From: Perkinsus olseni
Lineage: Eukaryota
NCBI GenBank assembly: GCA_013115125.1
Contig: JABANN010000076.1
Coordinates: forward strand, 1-64,000
Reading direction: 5' to 3'
DNA: 64,000 nt
Made by a program: the position numbers and the translations under genes. Under the pieces are notes generated by a model. The model saw only the letters and a list, made by a program, of their open reading frames with translations. It did no database searches and was not told the origin of the DNA. Below, one piece after another: positions 26,402 to 37,853 of this stretch; position 1 is the stretch's first letter; every line of letters starts with the position of its first letter.

Positions 26402-27307
26402 ATGCACATTATTGGATTAGCCCCCGCGTTTATCTCCATCATTATCACGGTCGGTCAGGACACCGACTCCTGCTCTACATCCGACGTTGAAAATGTCGGC
26501 CGAGGGCCCACTCTCTTCAACAACCTCAACACTTGCGTAACCACCACTGGTGGCTTCAACGATGCTGCTCTGGAGTGCGTGGCGGCTAGCACTAACATCA
26601 GCGAGCTTTGTGCTAGCTGCTACTTTGAACTATACTCTTGTGGTGCTACCACTTGTCAACAAGCCTGCACGGAGCAGTTCTCGGCAGATTGTGTCGGGTG
26701 CAGCATGGGTTTGTGCGGCGATGAGCTACAGACCTGCACAGGGACGCCGGGGGCAGTCCTCCCGCCTCCCTTCACTACAAGCGATCTGACCTTACCCACA
26801 CCGGCTCCTAACGGCTCTGCTGTGAACAGAGTTCCTCGTGGCCTCTACGTGCTACCTAATTCAGAAGAAGTGCAAGTGTCGGTGAATATCGATAACGTCA
26901 CCAGTACGCTTGACACCGTTATCAACATCAATACTGACTCGCCGCTGATCCCTCAAATTGATTCTCAGTGTGCTGATATGCCCTACACGTTTGACTCTAA
27001 TAAGTCAGTGATCACGGTTGACTTCGACGTGGCGGTTTGTCTCAAGAACGTTTACGATGAGCTACGTACTGTGGCCCCTGGGTTACCGGCAAGTCTCTTG
27101 ACGATGCAGTACAACAAGGCCGCCAATACTCTCTCGATGCCTCTTTTGTCTGTCTTCGTGCTCGAGAAAGATTCCAATCCGGCGCCGCCGTCGAACTCCT
27201 CGACCACTATGCCTCCGCTAGGTGCGGAGAATCCGAACTCATCAGCGTCTATTAGCGTTGCTAGGCTATTGTCGATCTGCTTCGTTATTGTATTCTTTTA
27301 TTTTTGA
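26402..27307 (+). CDS. Intronless Cys-rich secreted/surface protein, probably GPI-anchored
   Basis: 301-aa ORF: hydrophobic N-terminus, Cys-rich block (CASCY..CGATTCQQAC..CVGCSMGLC..CTG), Pro/Thr linker, and terminal NSSAS followed by a hydrophobic tail (LLSICFVIVFFYF). Confidence 0.75.
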   Translation: MHIIGLAPAFISIIITVGQDTDSCSTSDVENVGRGPTLFNNLNTCVTTTGGFNDAALECVAASTNISELCASCYFELYSCGATTCQQACTEQFSADCVGCSMGLCGDELQTCTGTPGAVLPPPFTTSDLTLPTPAPNGSAVNRVPRGLYVLPNSEEVQVSVNIDNVTSTLDTVININTDSPLIPQIDSQCADMPYTFDSNKSVITVDFDVAVCLKNVYDELRTVAPGLPASLLTMQYNKAANTLSMPLLSVFVLEKDSNPAPPSNSSTTMPPLGAENPNSSASISVARLLSICFVIVFFYF

Positions 27308-27579
27308 ATTCAATCCTGAAAGGTATTCGATATTCTAATCGCGGTATTCGCTATATATAAGTACTCAGTTGGTATTCAACAGTCATGATCTAGATGGGCT
27401 TGCATAACCATATCATCTTGTGTTGTGTTAATACGTGAGAAAGAGGGGAATTGCTAGAAAGCGAGTGCTAATGCGTGACAAGGACGGTGCTCACCAGGCA
27501 ACGATCTTTTCCATGACTAACAAACGCAATAAAATATTCCGAGGAGACCATACACTAAGTCATGTTCATGGAATTCGTG

Positions 27580-30500
27580 CTATTCTTCCCCAATCGCTTC
27601 GATCTGCTGCTCCCGAAGCTCTTCAACCCGTCTGAATGAATATGAAGTTCGTAAAGGGGAATATTGGACGTGCTTACTCAGAGATATCATTCGCTGCCCT
27701 CTGAAGGCCATCGACAACCTCAATGCACTCGTTCATTCCGGATGAAACCTAAGAGCACGAAACACCGCTGCGAGAGAAGACAGTGGCAGTGTTACGCTGA
27801 TTCCCATCGACTGTATCTTTGACAACGATCGTCCAGCCATGTGCTCAATGGAGGGCATGATCTCCTCAGCGGAGTTGATCAATCGCCGGGAGACTCTCAG
27901 AGCCTGAGCAGTAGCCGCGACGACGAGGAGCACAACTGTCGCAAGAGACGCCGAAAGACGAGTCCCAAGTGCATACCAATTTTCGCCTATCTGCTGGTTC
28001 ATCGGCTTGTCTCAAATCGGCTAAGGCCTGGTCCATGTCGAACTCGGCGGAATCTTGCATGTCATCAGAGGCTTCAACGGTCAGCTCGAGAGGCCCCTCT
28101 TCTGTCTTATTCGGAGACACATTCTGCGATAGAGTGGAAAGTGTAAGAAGCCCCTCAGTTCACCTTGGTCGCATCTTTCTCGTTAGCGGCCTTGAGGAAG
28201 ATCTTTGCATAGAGACGAGGGGCATACCGTTTGAGTCGCCACTTGACTTTGAATTTAATCATAAGCCACGCTGTGAACTGTGCAACGGTGCTCTTCCTGA
28301 AGACGGCAACAGCACATTCGCTACGGAGCATAGAGGTGTAAACAACAAGGGGATAACCCATGGCCCCTTACACTTCATCTTCTTTCTCCTCGACGTCCCT
28401 GCCCTCCTCGTGCTTTGCAACCTGATCGAGATTACCGTGTAGACGAAAAGTGCACCAAGACCGTACCTCATGGCTGAGCCCAGCTAGGATGATGGCGAAG
28501 AGTAAGTTGGCCATGAGGAAGTAAATGATTGCAACGAAGAGGAGAACAGCGATGGAGCCAATCTGCGACCAGGCGATAGCTTTGAAGGGCACTGCGTGAA
28601 CTCACCACTGGTCTCTGAGCATAGATGTGGCTCAGGTCAACATCCTTGAGGAAAGCACGGACCAGAAAGAGGAGCGTCTGGCCGAAGGTGGAAAGCTGAG
28701 CGACGGGGCTGGCGAGTGAGGTAAGGCTTGGATGCCCACCTCACTGATGGAAGCTCCGAAGGCCACATTGAAGGCCATGACGAAACCGACAAGTGTCGTG
28801 ACGAAGAGAATGAAGAATGCTCCAAACTGCTGATAGGCGCCATGGAGGGACTTCACCAGCAGCTTGATGTACGGCAGAGAGGCTATGAACTTCGACAACT
28901 TCACGGAGATGGACACTAATCCGAACGGTGTGCATAGAGGACGATTGGCGCTCACACTCACCGGCGGCCAACGCGTACATCTGCTTCGCCAGGCGATCAT
29001 CCAGGGCGATCTGTTGCAGGTCAGTGTAAACATTGGAGTCCTGGAGCTCGAGGATCCCGAAATCAAGTGTCGACGGAGCGTAGTTATTGGGCTGGACGTC
29101 TATGTTCTGAAGGGGCCTTGATGAGCGACCGCGACGAGATCGGTGGTACTATGGTCGTGGAGGACTCGGCAGTGTAGGTGATGAGCGTTAGAGGGGTCGA
29201 TGAGTAGATCTTGAGGCGAATGGCGAAGGCGGCAATGAGAAATACCAGTGCTATCCAGTCTAGGATGTTCCAGGGGTCTCTGAGGAACACAACGAACCAG
29301 TACGGATCATCGTGCTTTCGGGCTGTTCTCAAGGGGACGTGTATCCATGGTCCGTACTCGTCGATTTACTTGAAGTATCTCCACCTGGCTGTGGCAAGCT
29401 CGGAAGCTTCCTCGGCAACGTAGTACAGGATGAACATGACAATGATGATCTCTCCTGTGGAGGCCATCCAGCTCGATACGAGAAATACTAGAGGCCTCAC
29501 CGAAGGTTGTTATCCACTCGCCGATGCTGCCAAGGCCTTCGGGAGTGAGGAAGACTCTGGGCTGTAGAGTGGTGACGCGGACATCGGTCGAGACCAGGCC
29601 GGACGCACTGAACTCTACCGTCACGAGCACCTGCAGGCTACATCACTGTGACGAGCCACCATGCTAGTTCGCCCGGCAGCCCTCACCACGCCGAAGAGCC
29701 CGAGATTATTGTTCCAAACGCTCATCTCCAGGAAGACTGCGCGTGTTGATAAATCGACGTAATTAGCGATTTCAAGGAGCTCCGTCCGCCTGTCATAGTC
29801 ATCGGGATCGGTCGGCAGCTGCACTATGTAACCACCAGGAGGATAAGTGCCATACCTACGCCATCGCTACGGCGGCCCGTCGTCGGCGGGCGATTGTTGT
29901 TTCGCTTCTTACTTCCCTTTATGGCTGGGAAGAATAGTTGCGGCACCGTTGCTGTCAGTAGTGGCGTCCTCGTATTCGAACCAAATGTATCTGATGTGAT
30001 GTATCGTTGGTCGAGGAGCACTCATCGGCCTCTGACCTAGCGTCTATCGCCTCCCGTCTGATCTCCTCGTCGCTCGGAAACTCCACTGTCGTCGGCTGTG
30101 TGACTTCTTCGCCTGTCACGCTTGGGGTTGTACAATCAGCCGAGTCGTGGAGGCGACATCACCTCGGCCGAGTTTGACCAAGTCAGCTATGGTGATCGGC
30201 AGGCCATTGGCGTCGAGGAGCCTCGCTCCATAGGGACCCTTATTGACATTGGAGTCGGAGAACGGACCATAGCAAGTTATCGTCCACAGTGAGAACATGG
30301 AGCCACCCTGAAGGCTCGCTGCCTGTAGATGAGAAGATTGGTCATACCTCGCAGCCAGGCGACGCGGTGACGCGCTGCTGTCTCAGTCGAGGAGAGCCGA
30401 ACATCCAGTTGTCAGCATCAATTGGTATCAGGGCCACGCCGGTTGAAGTGCCGACCAGGTCTCGGGCCAGCTGAGCATCCACACTTTCGGGGAAGAGAGC

Positions 30501-31000
30501 TCCTCGAAGACCCTGGCGTATGTACTGAGACAATCTGGCTTCTAAGCTTGCAGTGCTTCGATGATGTCGGTATTACTCTCCAGAATGATGGGCGATCACG
30601 AACCTCTTCAAGCATGCCACCAGCTAGGAACTTGCTTCGTACTGTCAAGCAAGCGTCGGCCATCTAGTATTAGTAGGCTCCCCTTTCGCCTACGATGTTG
30701 TGTCAGGTTCACTGTACTCTGATTGAGGCTGGCCAGAACGGTGACAGTGAAGATCGCCATGAAGACGAGAAACATCAGAAGGAGTATTACAGCTTTGATG
30801 CGCATCCGAGTGGAAGCTTGGCGCCTGAAGTTCTTCCAGGACCGCGCTGGTCACTGAGGTCTGCCAACTTACTCGCGTCTTTTCATCTCCCTCGCTACCG
30901 TAGCGGGGTCCACCTGCCTTGAGGTTGGCCGTATGGACGCCCGTTGAGTCCGGAATGAACTTCGCGGTGCGGCGGTCCGCCGCGCAGCCTGCGGTTCCAT
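27580..31000 (-). CDS. Polycystin-2 (PKD2/TRPP)-like cation channel, multi-exon; may extend upstream to ~31733
   Basis: Motifs FGSPRLRQQRV, YVDLSTRAVFLEMSVWNNNLGLF, TVEFSASGLV, DPWNILDWIAL, GFVMAFNVAFG and YFLMANLLFAII, plus TM1 IKAVILLLMFLVFMAIFTV. ATG at 31000 (MEPQAARR); inferred stop TAG at 27580. Confidence 0.85.
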
Positions 31001-31039
31001 GAGGGTTCGACAGAACTAAGTCACGCATAGCGACACAGC

Positions 31040-31302
31040 TAGAGGTGGGCGGCAGTACGGGTACGGTCTAGTACGGAGTACGGTACGGGTACGAGTACGG
31101 CTCCGTACCCGTACTACCCGTCGCAGCGGTTCCCAAGTACCGTACTATTACGCCGTACTTGAAGTACGGCGTAATTCAATACACGTATGCGTTGTTTAAT
31201 TTATTCAATACGCACTAGTTCTCCGTACCCGTACTAGGGTGACAGTTGGAAACGTACTCCGTACCGTACTTTCCTCGATCCCAGTACGGTTGCCCAGCTC
31301 TA
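31040..31302. mobile_element. 263-bp non-autonomous hAT-type MITE with 11-bp imperfect TIRs and an 8-bp TSD
   Basis: 5' end TAGAGGTGGGC and 3' end GCCCAGCTCTA (1 mismatch). Exact TSD GACACAGC at 31032-31039 and 31303-31310. Dense subterminal GTACGG/CCGTAC motifs. Confidence 0.88.
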
Positions 31303-31364
31303 GACACAGCTGTGCTCCGCCCGGCAGCCCACCGCCCGCACTCCCTTCTTAGCTCTCCACTGAC

Positions 31365-31733
31365 CCAACGCCCCAAGGGATCCCTCAGTGTTCGAGAGCC
31401 GACCGAAACAAGTGAAGGGCCGCGTTGTTCCAGGTTCAAGTACAGTTCAATCCCGCCTTGGGTGATAGCTTTGTCATAGGCCGATCGACTGACGGGCAGC
31501 CTTGGCGGAATCTGCCTGAGATCAGCCAGGCAGCCACCGGTTTCAAGCAACAACCCCGCCGACGAGCTCCATTCTCCTTTGGGGTAATTCAGGGTACTCA
31601 GGCTCATTGACTCGCAGAGATCTCTTAGTCGCTGCTGGTGGCGGACGTCGAACATGCGCGTCACCGTCTGGACGTGCTGACGAGACAGATGAAGGGGGGA
31701 TGGTATTCTGGGCGGTACGGCCCTTCTGATCAT
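31365..31733 (-). CDS. Upstream coding segment (MIRRAVPPRIPSP...), either the first exon(s) of the PKD2-like gene or a separate small gene
   Basis: Open frame ending ...DPLGRW at a GTCAGT donor (31364), in phase with the acceptor at 31016. Confidence 0.4.
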
Positions 31734-31939
31734 ACGGCGAGATAAGAATTTACATGGCTTGTGCTGCACGCATGAACAACACGCGTTAATGAGTACGCAC
31801 ACGCTACTGTGACGGTTACTCACCAACCCCCATTTTCGAGATGGTTACGCTTCGCTCCGCCCCTATCAGCACATCTTTGACCGGCCCCTATGAGTGATGT
31901 TGAACTGATCTGACTTCAGTTTATTGAGCCATCCCGACT

Positions 31940-34863
31940 ATGTCCCCTACCGGCAGTCGGGTTCGTGATATGGACGGCCGAAAGGTCGTAGAGGCGGCCT
32001 CGCCCAGTAGCACAGCTCGCTCGGTACGGATGGTTTCCTAGTGATCTTCGATCAGGCGGTTCCTGTGCCCCGACTACCTGTGGCGCGTTCGAGCCTTCGC
32101 CCTATGCTTCGCTGTCCACTGGGGACACCACCGACGATGCTACATACACCCTGGCTTCGACCGGCAAGCCTCGGAATGCCCTTTGCCAGCCGTCCAAGAA
32201 GGTAGTACGGACTTGCAACTGGGGTGTTTTACTTATGGTCCGGGATGATGGTAACGCGCGATTGGTCGATGTACTTCAATACCTCGGAGAGGTTCGGGTT
32301 GGTCATTGTAACGTCATCCGAGGCGACAGTAGACTTCCCCTGTTCTTAACCGGCATGTGTAGGTGTAGACGGTATAGAATGGGTCGCACAGTAACTATCA
32401 ACGATTTCCCGCAAGGGAGCGAGTCATCGTATCACTCGCCATTCGGCTGAGCTCTCCTCAGTGAAATCTTATCGTACGCGTTGTGCTGCACAAGTTGTGC
32501 ACCATCGCCTGTTCGGTCGCCTCCGCCGTTGCCCGACTCTTTCGATGCATCATCATGCCCGTTGGTGTGATCCTCGGCCCGCTTGAATTCCTGGTGACTG
32601 CGGATTTCGTTGTTATGACGCGCCAATCAATCTGTCCAGTAATGTCCTTTTTTCAGCTGGCACCCTCCTCTCTCGTACGGTTGCCTATCACCAAGCGTCT
32701 GAGCCAGAAAGCCCCCCACAAGAAGAGGAAGACCTTACCGTCGCGTCGAGGTACTACGACATGGCCACCTTGGCGTTCCAGAGCCCTTTTAAGTAGGTAT
32801 AAACTATGTCACCTTCGCTACAGCTTCGGGGCGCAGCATTCCAGTGGATAGCCGATACACGGACGTGAAGGTTATTGGTACTGGAAGTTATGGTACTGTA
32901 CTATCGGCCAAGGACAGCCTTGTCGAAGCCACCGGGATCGGACCCACGGAAGTTGCTGTGAAGTGAGCCTGTGACCTTTTTGTCGGTTTTTCCATCAGAA
33001 TCTTCTCCTAGGCACACCGTGCTAGTCGAGGACAAGCTGGACGTCGAAGACTGGCCCGACATCGTTCGGATGTACTGCCTATGACGCAATGCTTGGTTAT
33101 GTTCCCTTCTCCTCAGAATTAGAGAAGTAGAGTTACTCCGAGACTTCCATCACGAAAACCTACTGTCACTGACCGACGTGTAAGACCATCCGAAGGGTCT
33201 CGGCTTTCTCATGCAGCCCTTCAGATTCCCTCAACCTGGGGGTTACGCTATGACTAGCATCGGTATTGTTACCCCCATGTGTAAGGGTGGAACACTGGCC
33301 ACGTAGGTCGGGCCAACCGGGATCTCTGCGACGCTTGATCGGTCCTAACAGCCGCGCCAAGCATGACAGCCATCGGGTTCCTGGGTGCTCGACACCAACC
33401 GGCATTTGCGACCTTTTATGATGGTAGATACCAGCCACGATCCTTAGCTCAAGTCATGGCCTTCACTCGGCAGATCCTGAGCGCTCTTTCCTTCATGCAC
33501 AGCCATAGTGTAGGTAACAATGCTCTCACCGCAGTAGACGGCGTTCCCTTTAGGTACTTCACCGCGACATCAAAAGGGATAATTTATTCGTCACGGAAGG
33601 TGGCCGGTCGGTGGTCCTCGGAGACTTCGGCCTAGCAAGAGGTTATACCGGGCAATCAGGCAGCCCTCGTGTGTAGTATATTCGCTGATGTTTGGTAGAG
33701 CGTCGATTACAGTCGCTGCCCATTCCTCGTTGGGGTATTCGCGAAGACTAGCTGCGGCGATGCGCGCTTGGACCGTTCTGCGTGTCTCAGCCCCTCCCCA
33801 CGCCCTAGCCAGGCTGTCAACGCCCTATCGTAGTGTCCCTGGCGACAGAGTCTCGGCGAGATCATCTTCCGGTAGCAATGCAGAGCTGATGACAACGAGG
33901 ATTGTGACAGCGCCGTACCGGGCACCCGAACTGCTGTTGAATCATGATGACTACGATGGTCGAGTGGACGTAATAACGGGAAAGTGGGAGGAAGCGCATA
34001 GTGTTTGGAAGGCTTGTAGAAATCTATCACTGCGAGTGGTGATTCGGAATCTTTCTATCGCATGCTCCCGCATCTTCTGTCGAGCGGAGCATTACTGTAT
34101 CGGCGCCTGCGCGCTGCTGGGTGAGACGAATGGAAATCTGGCAACCGCTTTTAGTGCTTCGGGTGGCGCTCATTTTTCTGGTAGGTCTACGCGACCGGGT
34201 GCGTCGTTGCTGAGCTCATCTACGCTCCGGGGAGCAGCCGATCGCATCTTTTCAAACACGATGATACTAACAATAAGGACTTGGAGTATCAATATGTGAG
34301 TGCCCTCGCAAACGTGTGGACGCGTCGCTACCGGGTCGCTCTTAGACTCGAGACTGTCTGGCCCAGCAGTTGGTTATGGAGTGTCTCCTGCATGAGGTTG
34401 ATGAGACTGACGAAGCCTTAGAGAGACGCATTGACAGCATCAGTACTCGATAGTAGCCGAACTTCGGACGGTGAGCTCCGATGCTTTCCAGGTGACTGGC
34501 TTGACGCCGGACCGAGGCCGAGGTATCTGAAACAGATGCGGGGCCTGGGGGTGTCGGAAGACCTCAGGAGGGCTGTGCTCAGAGGCTCCTGTACAATACA
34601 GAAGATTCGGGAGAAGGTTGCCATAATACAGGTGAGGTTATTGCATGATGGACTACAGCGGAGCGAAGTTTTTTTGTCAGGCTGAGAACCCTGGGCCCCT
34701 GGTGATGCACGTATTGAGATCCTTGCTCACCTTCGACCCTCGGCAGCGGCCGCAGTCCCATGAGATGTTGCAAGAGTTTGATGAAATTTTTGAGGTGGAC
34801 CTCGGAGACAGCTGCGGGAGGGCCGAATATAACGGTCCCGTTGAGGACGACTTGGAAGCGTAA
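31940..34863 (+). CDS. CMGC-group (MAPK/CDK-like) Ser/Thr protein kinase, multi-exon; start approximate
   Basis: VKVIGTGSYGTV...VAVK, HRDIKRDN, LGDFGLARG, IVTAPYRAPELLL...DGRVDV and LLTFDPRQRP. Stop TAA at 34863. Confidence 0.85.
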
Positions 34864-34892
34864 GGTCCCGGGTTCAATTCGTGGGCTCGGCA
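34822..34892 (+). pseudogene. Degenerate tRNA-like sequence (resembles eukaryotic tRNA-Phe ends)
   Basis: 71 nt starting GCCGA and ending TCGGCA (complementary acceptor ends), with AAGGTCCCGGGTTCAATTC as variable/T-arm. D and anticodon arms are poor. Confidence 0.3.
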
Positions 34893-35734
34893 TTTCGTTC
34901 CATTGCTGCTCTGTCTCAGTGAGATCGAAGCTGGCTTGCCCAACAGCTCTAGTCGTTATGTCTGTGCGAAGGAAATCCTCTGGAACCTGATGCTGGACTG
35001 CCGAAACACCCTTAGAGCTTCAACTGCGTCCTCGGGATGGGTTGAGGCTCGGCGTGTGACTGGTACTACAACTAGTGGCAGTAGGGCGAGTACTGGTTAG
35101 GTAGAGGAATCAATTTGATGACTGCTTAGTCATTGCCTAGTATTATGCTTAACGTCAGAATTGATGATAGTGGTAGTGATAGCATCAGTAGTAGTGGCAT
35201 AACCACGGTACCGTCTCCGGCCGGCCGAGACATGTGTATCTTCAGATATCTTCGAGCATGACCGATTAATGGCCGACCGAGAATTGGCTAATATACACCA
35301 ACTCGCGGATGAACTGAGCCGTAAATACATAAGTAAACTCCCCGTGTCCCCGCAGCATCGTGGTAAGCCCGCTCTACTCAGATCGAAACACGGGAACGGC
35401 TACGGCTCATCCTGACTGAAGTAGCCGTCCAAGAACGTTCCTTGATTACTTCTGTTTTACTGTATTTTCCATGCACTGGAGCATTACGTTATATATGACT
35501 GTCGCTATCTGTCCTTCGAAGACACGACCCGTAGCGAGCGTAGAATATGAGACCATTTTCCCACGTGGGCTGCCACGGCTTGTCTTCCACTCTGTTAGCG
35601 GTCCCGAAGGACCTGATTGATTGTTGCTCAACTGCCTAGCTTAGAATCAGCGAATAGTGATGCGGGTTGTGTTGCCTAGTGGGGCGAGCCTCGTGCCGCG
35701 GCAGTGTCACACTGCCAGTGTGTGATTGCCAATC

Positions 35735-37009
35735 ATGTCAATGGTCGAGGAAGCTAGAGATCATGTGAAGAAAGCTCAGGACGCGTAATAGGGCAGTCAG
35801 CGCGGTTATGGTCGGTGTATCTGAGGTCAAGCTCAGGTTGCATCCGTCGATTTGGCGTCTGCAGTTCTCCCCTGACTACCTAGTGGCCGCTCTGGAACTC
35901 TCGCAGGCCGCAGCCTGCTTCCAGTCGGCCTCTTTGAACGAACAAGCAGCAAAAGCATGGCTGAAAGCAGCAGAGCTCAGGAAGGATCACATACGGGAGT
36001 AGGCTTGTCTGGGCGGCTTGCTTGGAAGAAAGGCGTCTTATGAGTCTCACTGAGGACGGTGTCCCGTCACATGAGTATAGTATTCGACCGCCTCAGTTAC
36101 CAGGAAGCGGGGCGCAATTTTGAATCGGCTGGACAGCTCCTACAGAATCCCGAACACTATAAGGTGGCTGCTGACTGCTACCTGTCGGCAGGGAAGGCTG
36201 ACCAAGCTGCCCGAGCCTGGACGAAGGTGGAAGATAGCTCTCGCAGTTTAGTGCTGTTGTGATGATACCCTGCAGGTAGCGGACATGTTATCGAAGACGG
36301 ATCCTGCGGGGGCCACTGAGGCGTACAGGAAAGTCGTGGACATTTACATGGACGACGGAGATGCAAAGCGTGGAGGAAATGCGTACGCAGTGGAAGCGTT
36401 GCGAGTGTAAGTCACGCGTTTCCGGGGGCCAACAGAGCGAGGTGCTTGGAGCGAATAGATACGAGGACTGGCTGCTGTCTCGGCGCGAGCTGGAGAAGTG
36501 GCTGGAGGCATCGAAGGAGAGCAGTAAACTCCTTGAAGCCGCGGGGCTCTATGCATCGGCCCACAAGGAACTGCTGGCCCAGGTTAGCTATCTCAATGAA
36601 CTGTGACCTCCACCATTATCCCCAGGTGGTTGTACTACTCTCGATGGGTGATGCTGTGAGGGCAGACGAGGTGTTGGCGTCTTGTCTCAACGTGAATGGA
36701 TTCCTTGCCTCTGAAGAGATGGCGGCCGGCGAGGGAATGGTCATCGCGTACCGCAACAATGACGCTGAGGCCTTGCAGAATGCGGTGAACAAGAACTGTG
36801 TCAAGTGGGAATCAATAAGTCCATCTCAATTTCCTCCATCATCTCTCTTGTAGGTTTTTGCCGATCGAGATAGTAAAGCTAGCGAAGTCGCTGAAAGTTG
36901 CCGAGCTTCCGCCTTCCGCTGCTCCTACTGACGAAGACCGGAGCCCCGTGAAAGACAATGCCGATGTCGCTGAGGCTACAGCAGATGACCTGGGTACATT
37001 GTTACTCTG
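35735..37009 (+). CDS. Gamma-soluble NSF attachment protein (gamma-SNAP)-like, multi-exon; 3' end approximate
   Basis: EARDHVKKAQDA-LHPSIWRLQFSPDYLVAALELSQAAACF...AWLKAAE, YQEAGRNFESAG, VVLLSMGDAVRA, GFLASEE...AYRNNDAEAL, and an acidic DDL tail. Confidence 0.75.
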
Positions 37010-37853
37010 ATTTTCATTCAAAAATCTAGTCGAGTTCTCATCAGCTGATGGAATCAGTAGACCATGGGGGAAGTCCTTTGGAACAAGCGCGTGCTTTACG
37101 ACGAGACTCGTCGGATCACGGACGAGCGATGCCCCATCTGGGAATGATAACCCGATGTGATTTATCTGCCACTGATTATGAATCCCTAACCAGCCAATCA
37201 ATCTGTTTGGACTCCAGTCCTTGGAACCTTCCAATGGAGTAGCATCATATCAAGTCCGCTCAGCTCGGTACCGTGACTCAACCGCCTATGGGACGTTATC
37301 TACTCTACGTGGCAGATGAATATAAAGTGGCAGAGCGTATGGGAGAAGGCGGTGAGATCCTCAGCCGTGTACGAAAATGAAGCGCATGATCCAAAGATAG
37401 GCCACGCATTGGTCAACGAGGGAGGGGTCTCTGAAGGACTGGCCGGAGGTTCGAGTCTTTTTTGGGTGCAAAGCGAGGACCAGGAACGTATTGCCCCCAG
37501 CTAGATTGGTGGCGATACCTCCTTCTGCAAGTGTATCGCTTCCCGTCCCACTCCTGTTTCTCCTTAACAGAGAGCTGAGACCACACATACGGAGCTTGAA
37601 GGCCATTCGCTCGTCCCGTGCACTCGCCTTGGATGATTGGTGTGATCGTATTTGTTTGCTGTGATGCGCGGATATTCGCCCGATGTAACCGGACTGATAA
37701 ACGCAAGTCCAGAGCGGATCGGACCGGAATAAGCGGTGACAGTCCGAAGCTCACCCCCAGCTACGATAGCACTATTGATCGCTAGGGGGAGCGAGGAATG
37801 GGGCATAAAATAGGACAGGGCGATTCACAGCAGAGCGGGGTTAACCCGCCGGG

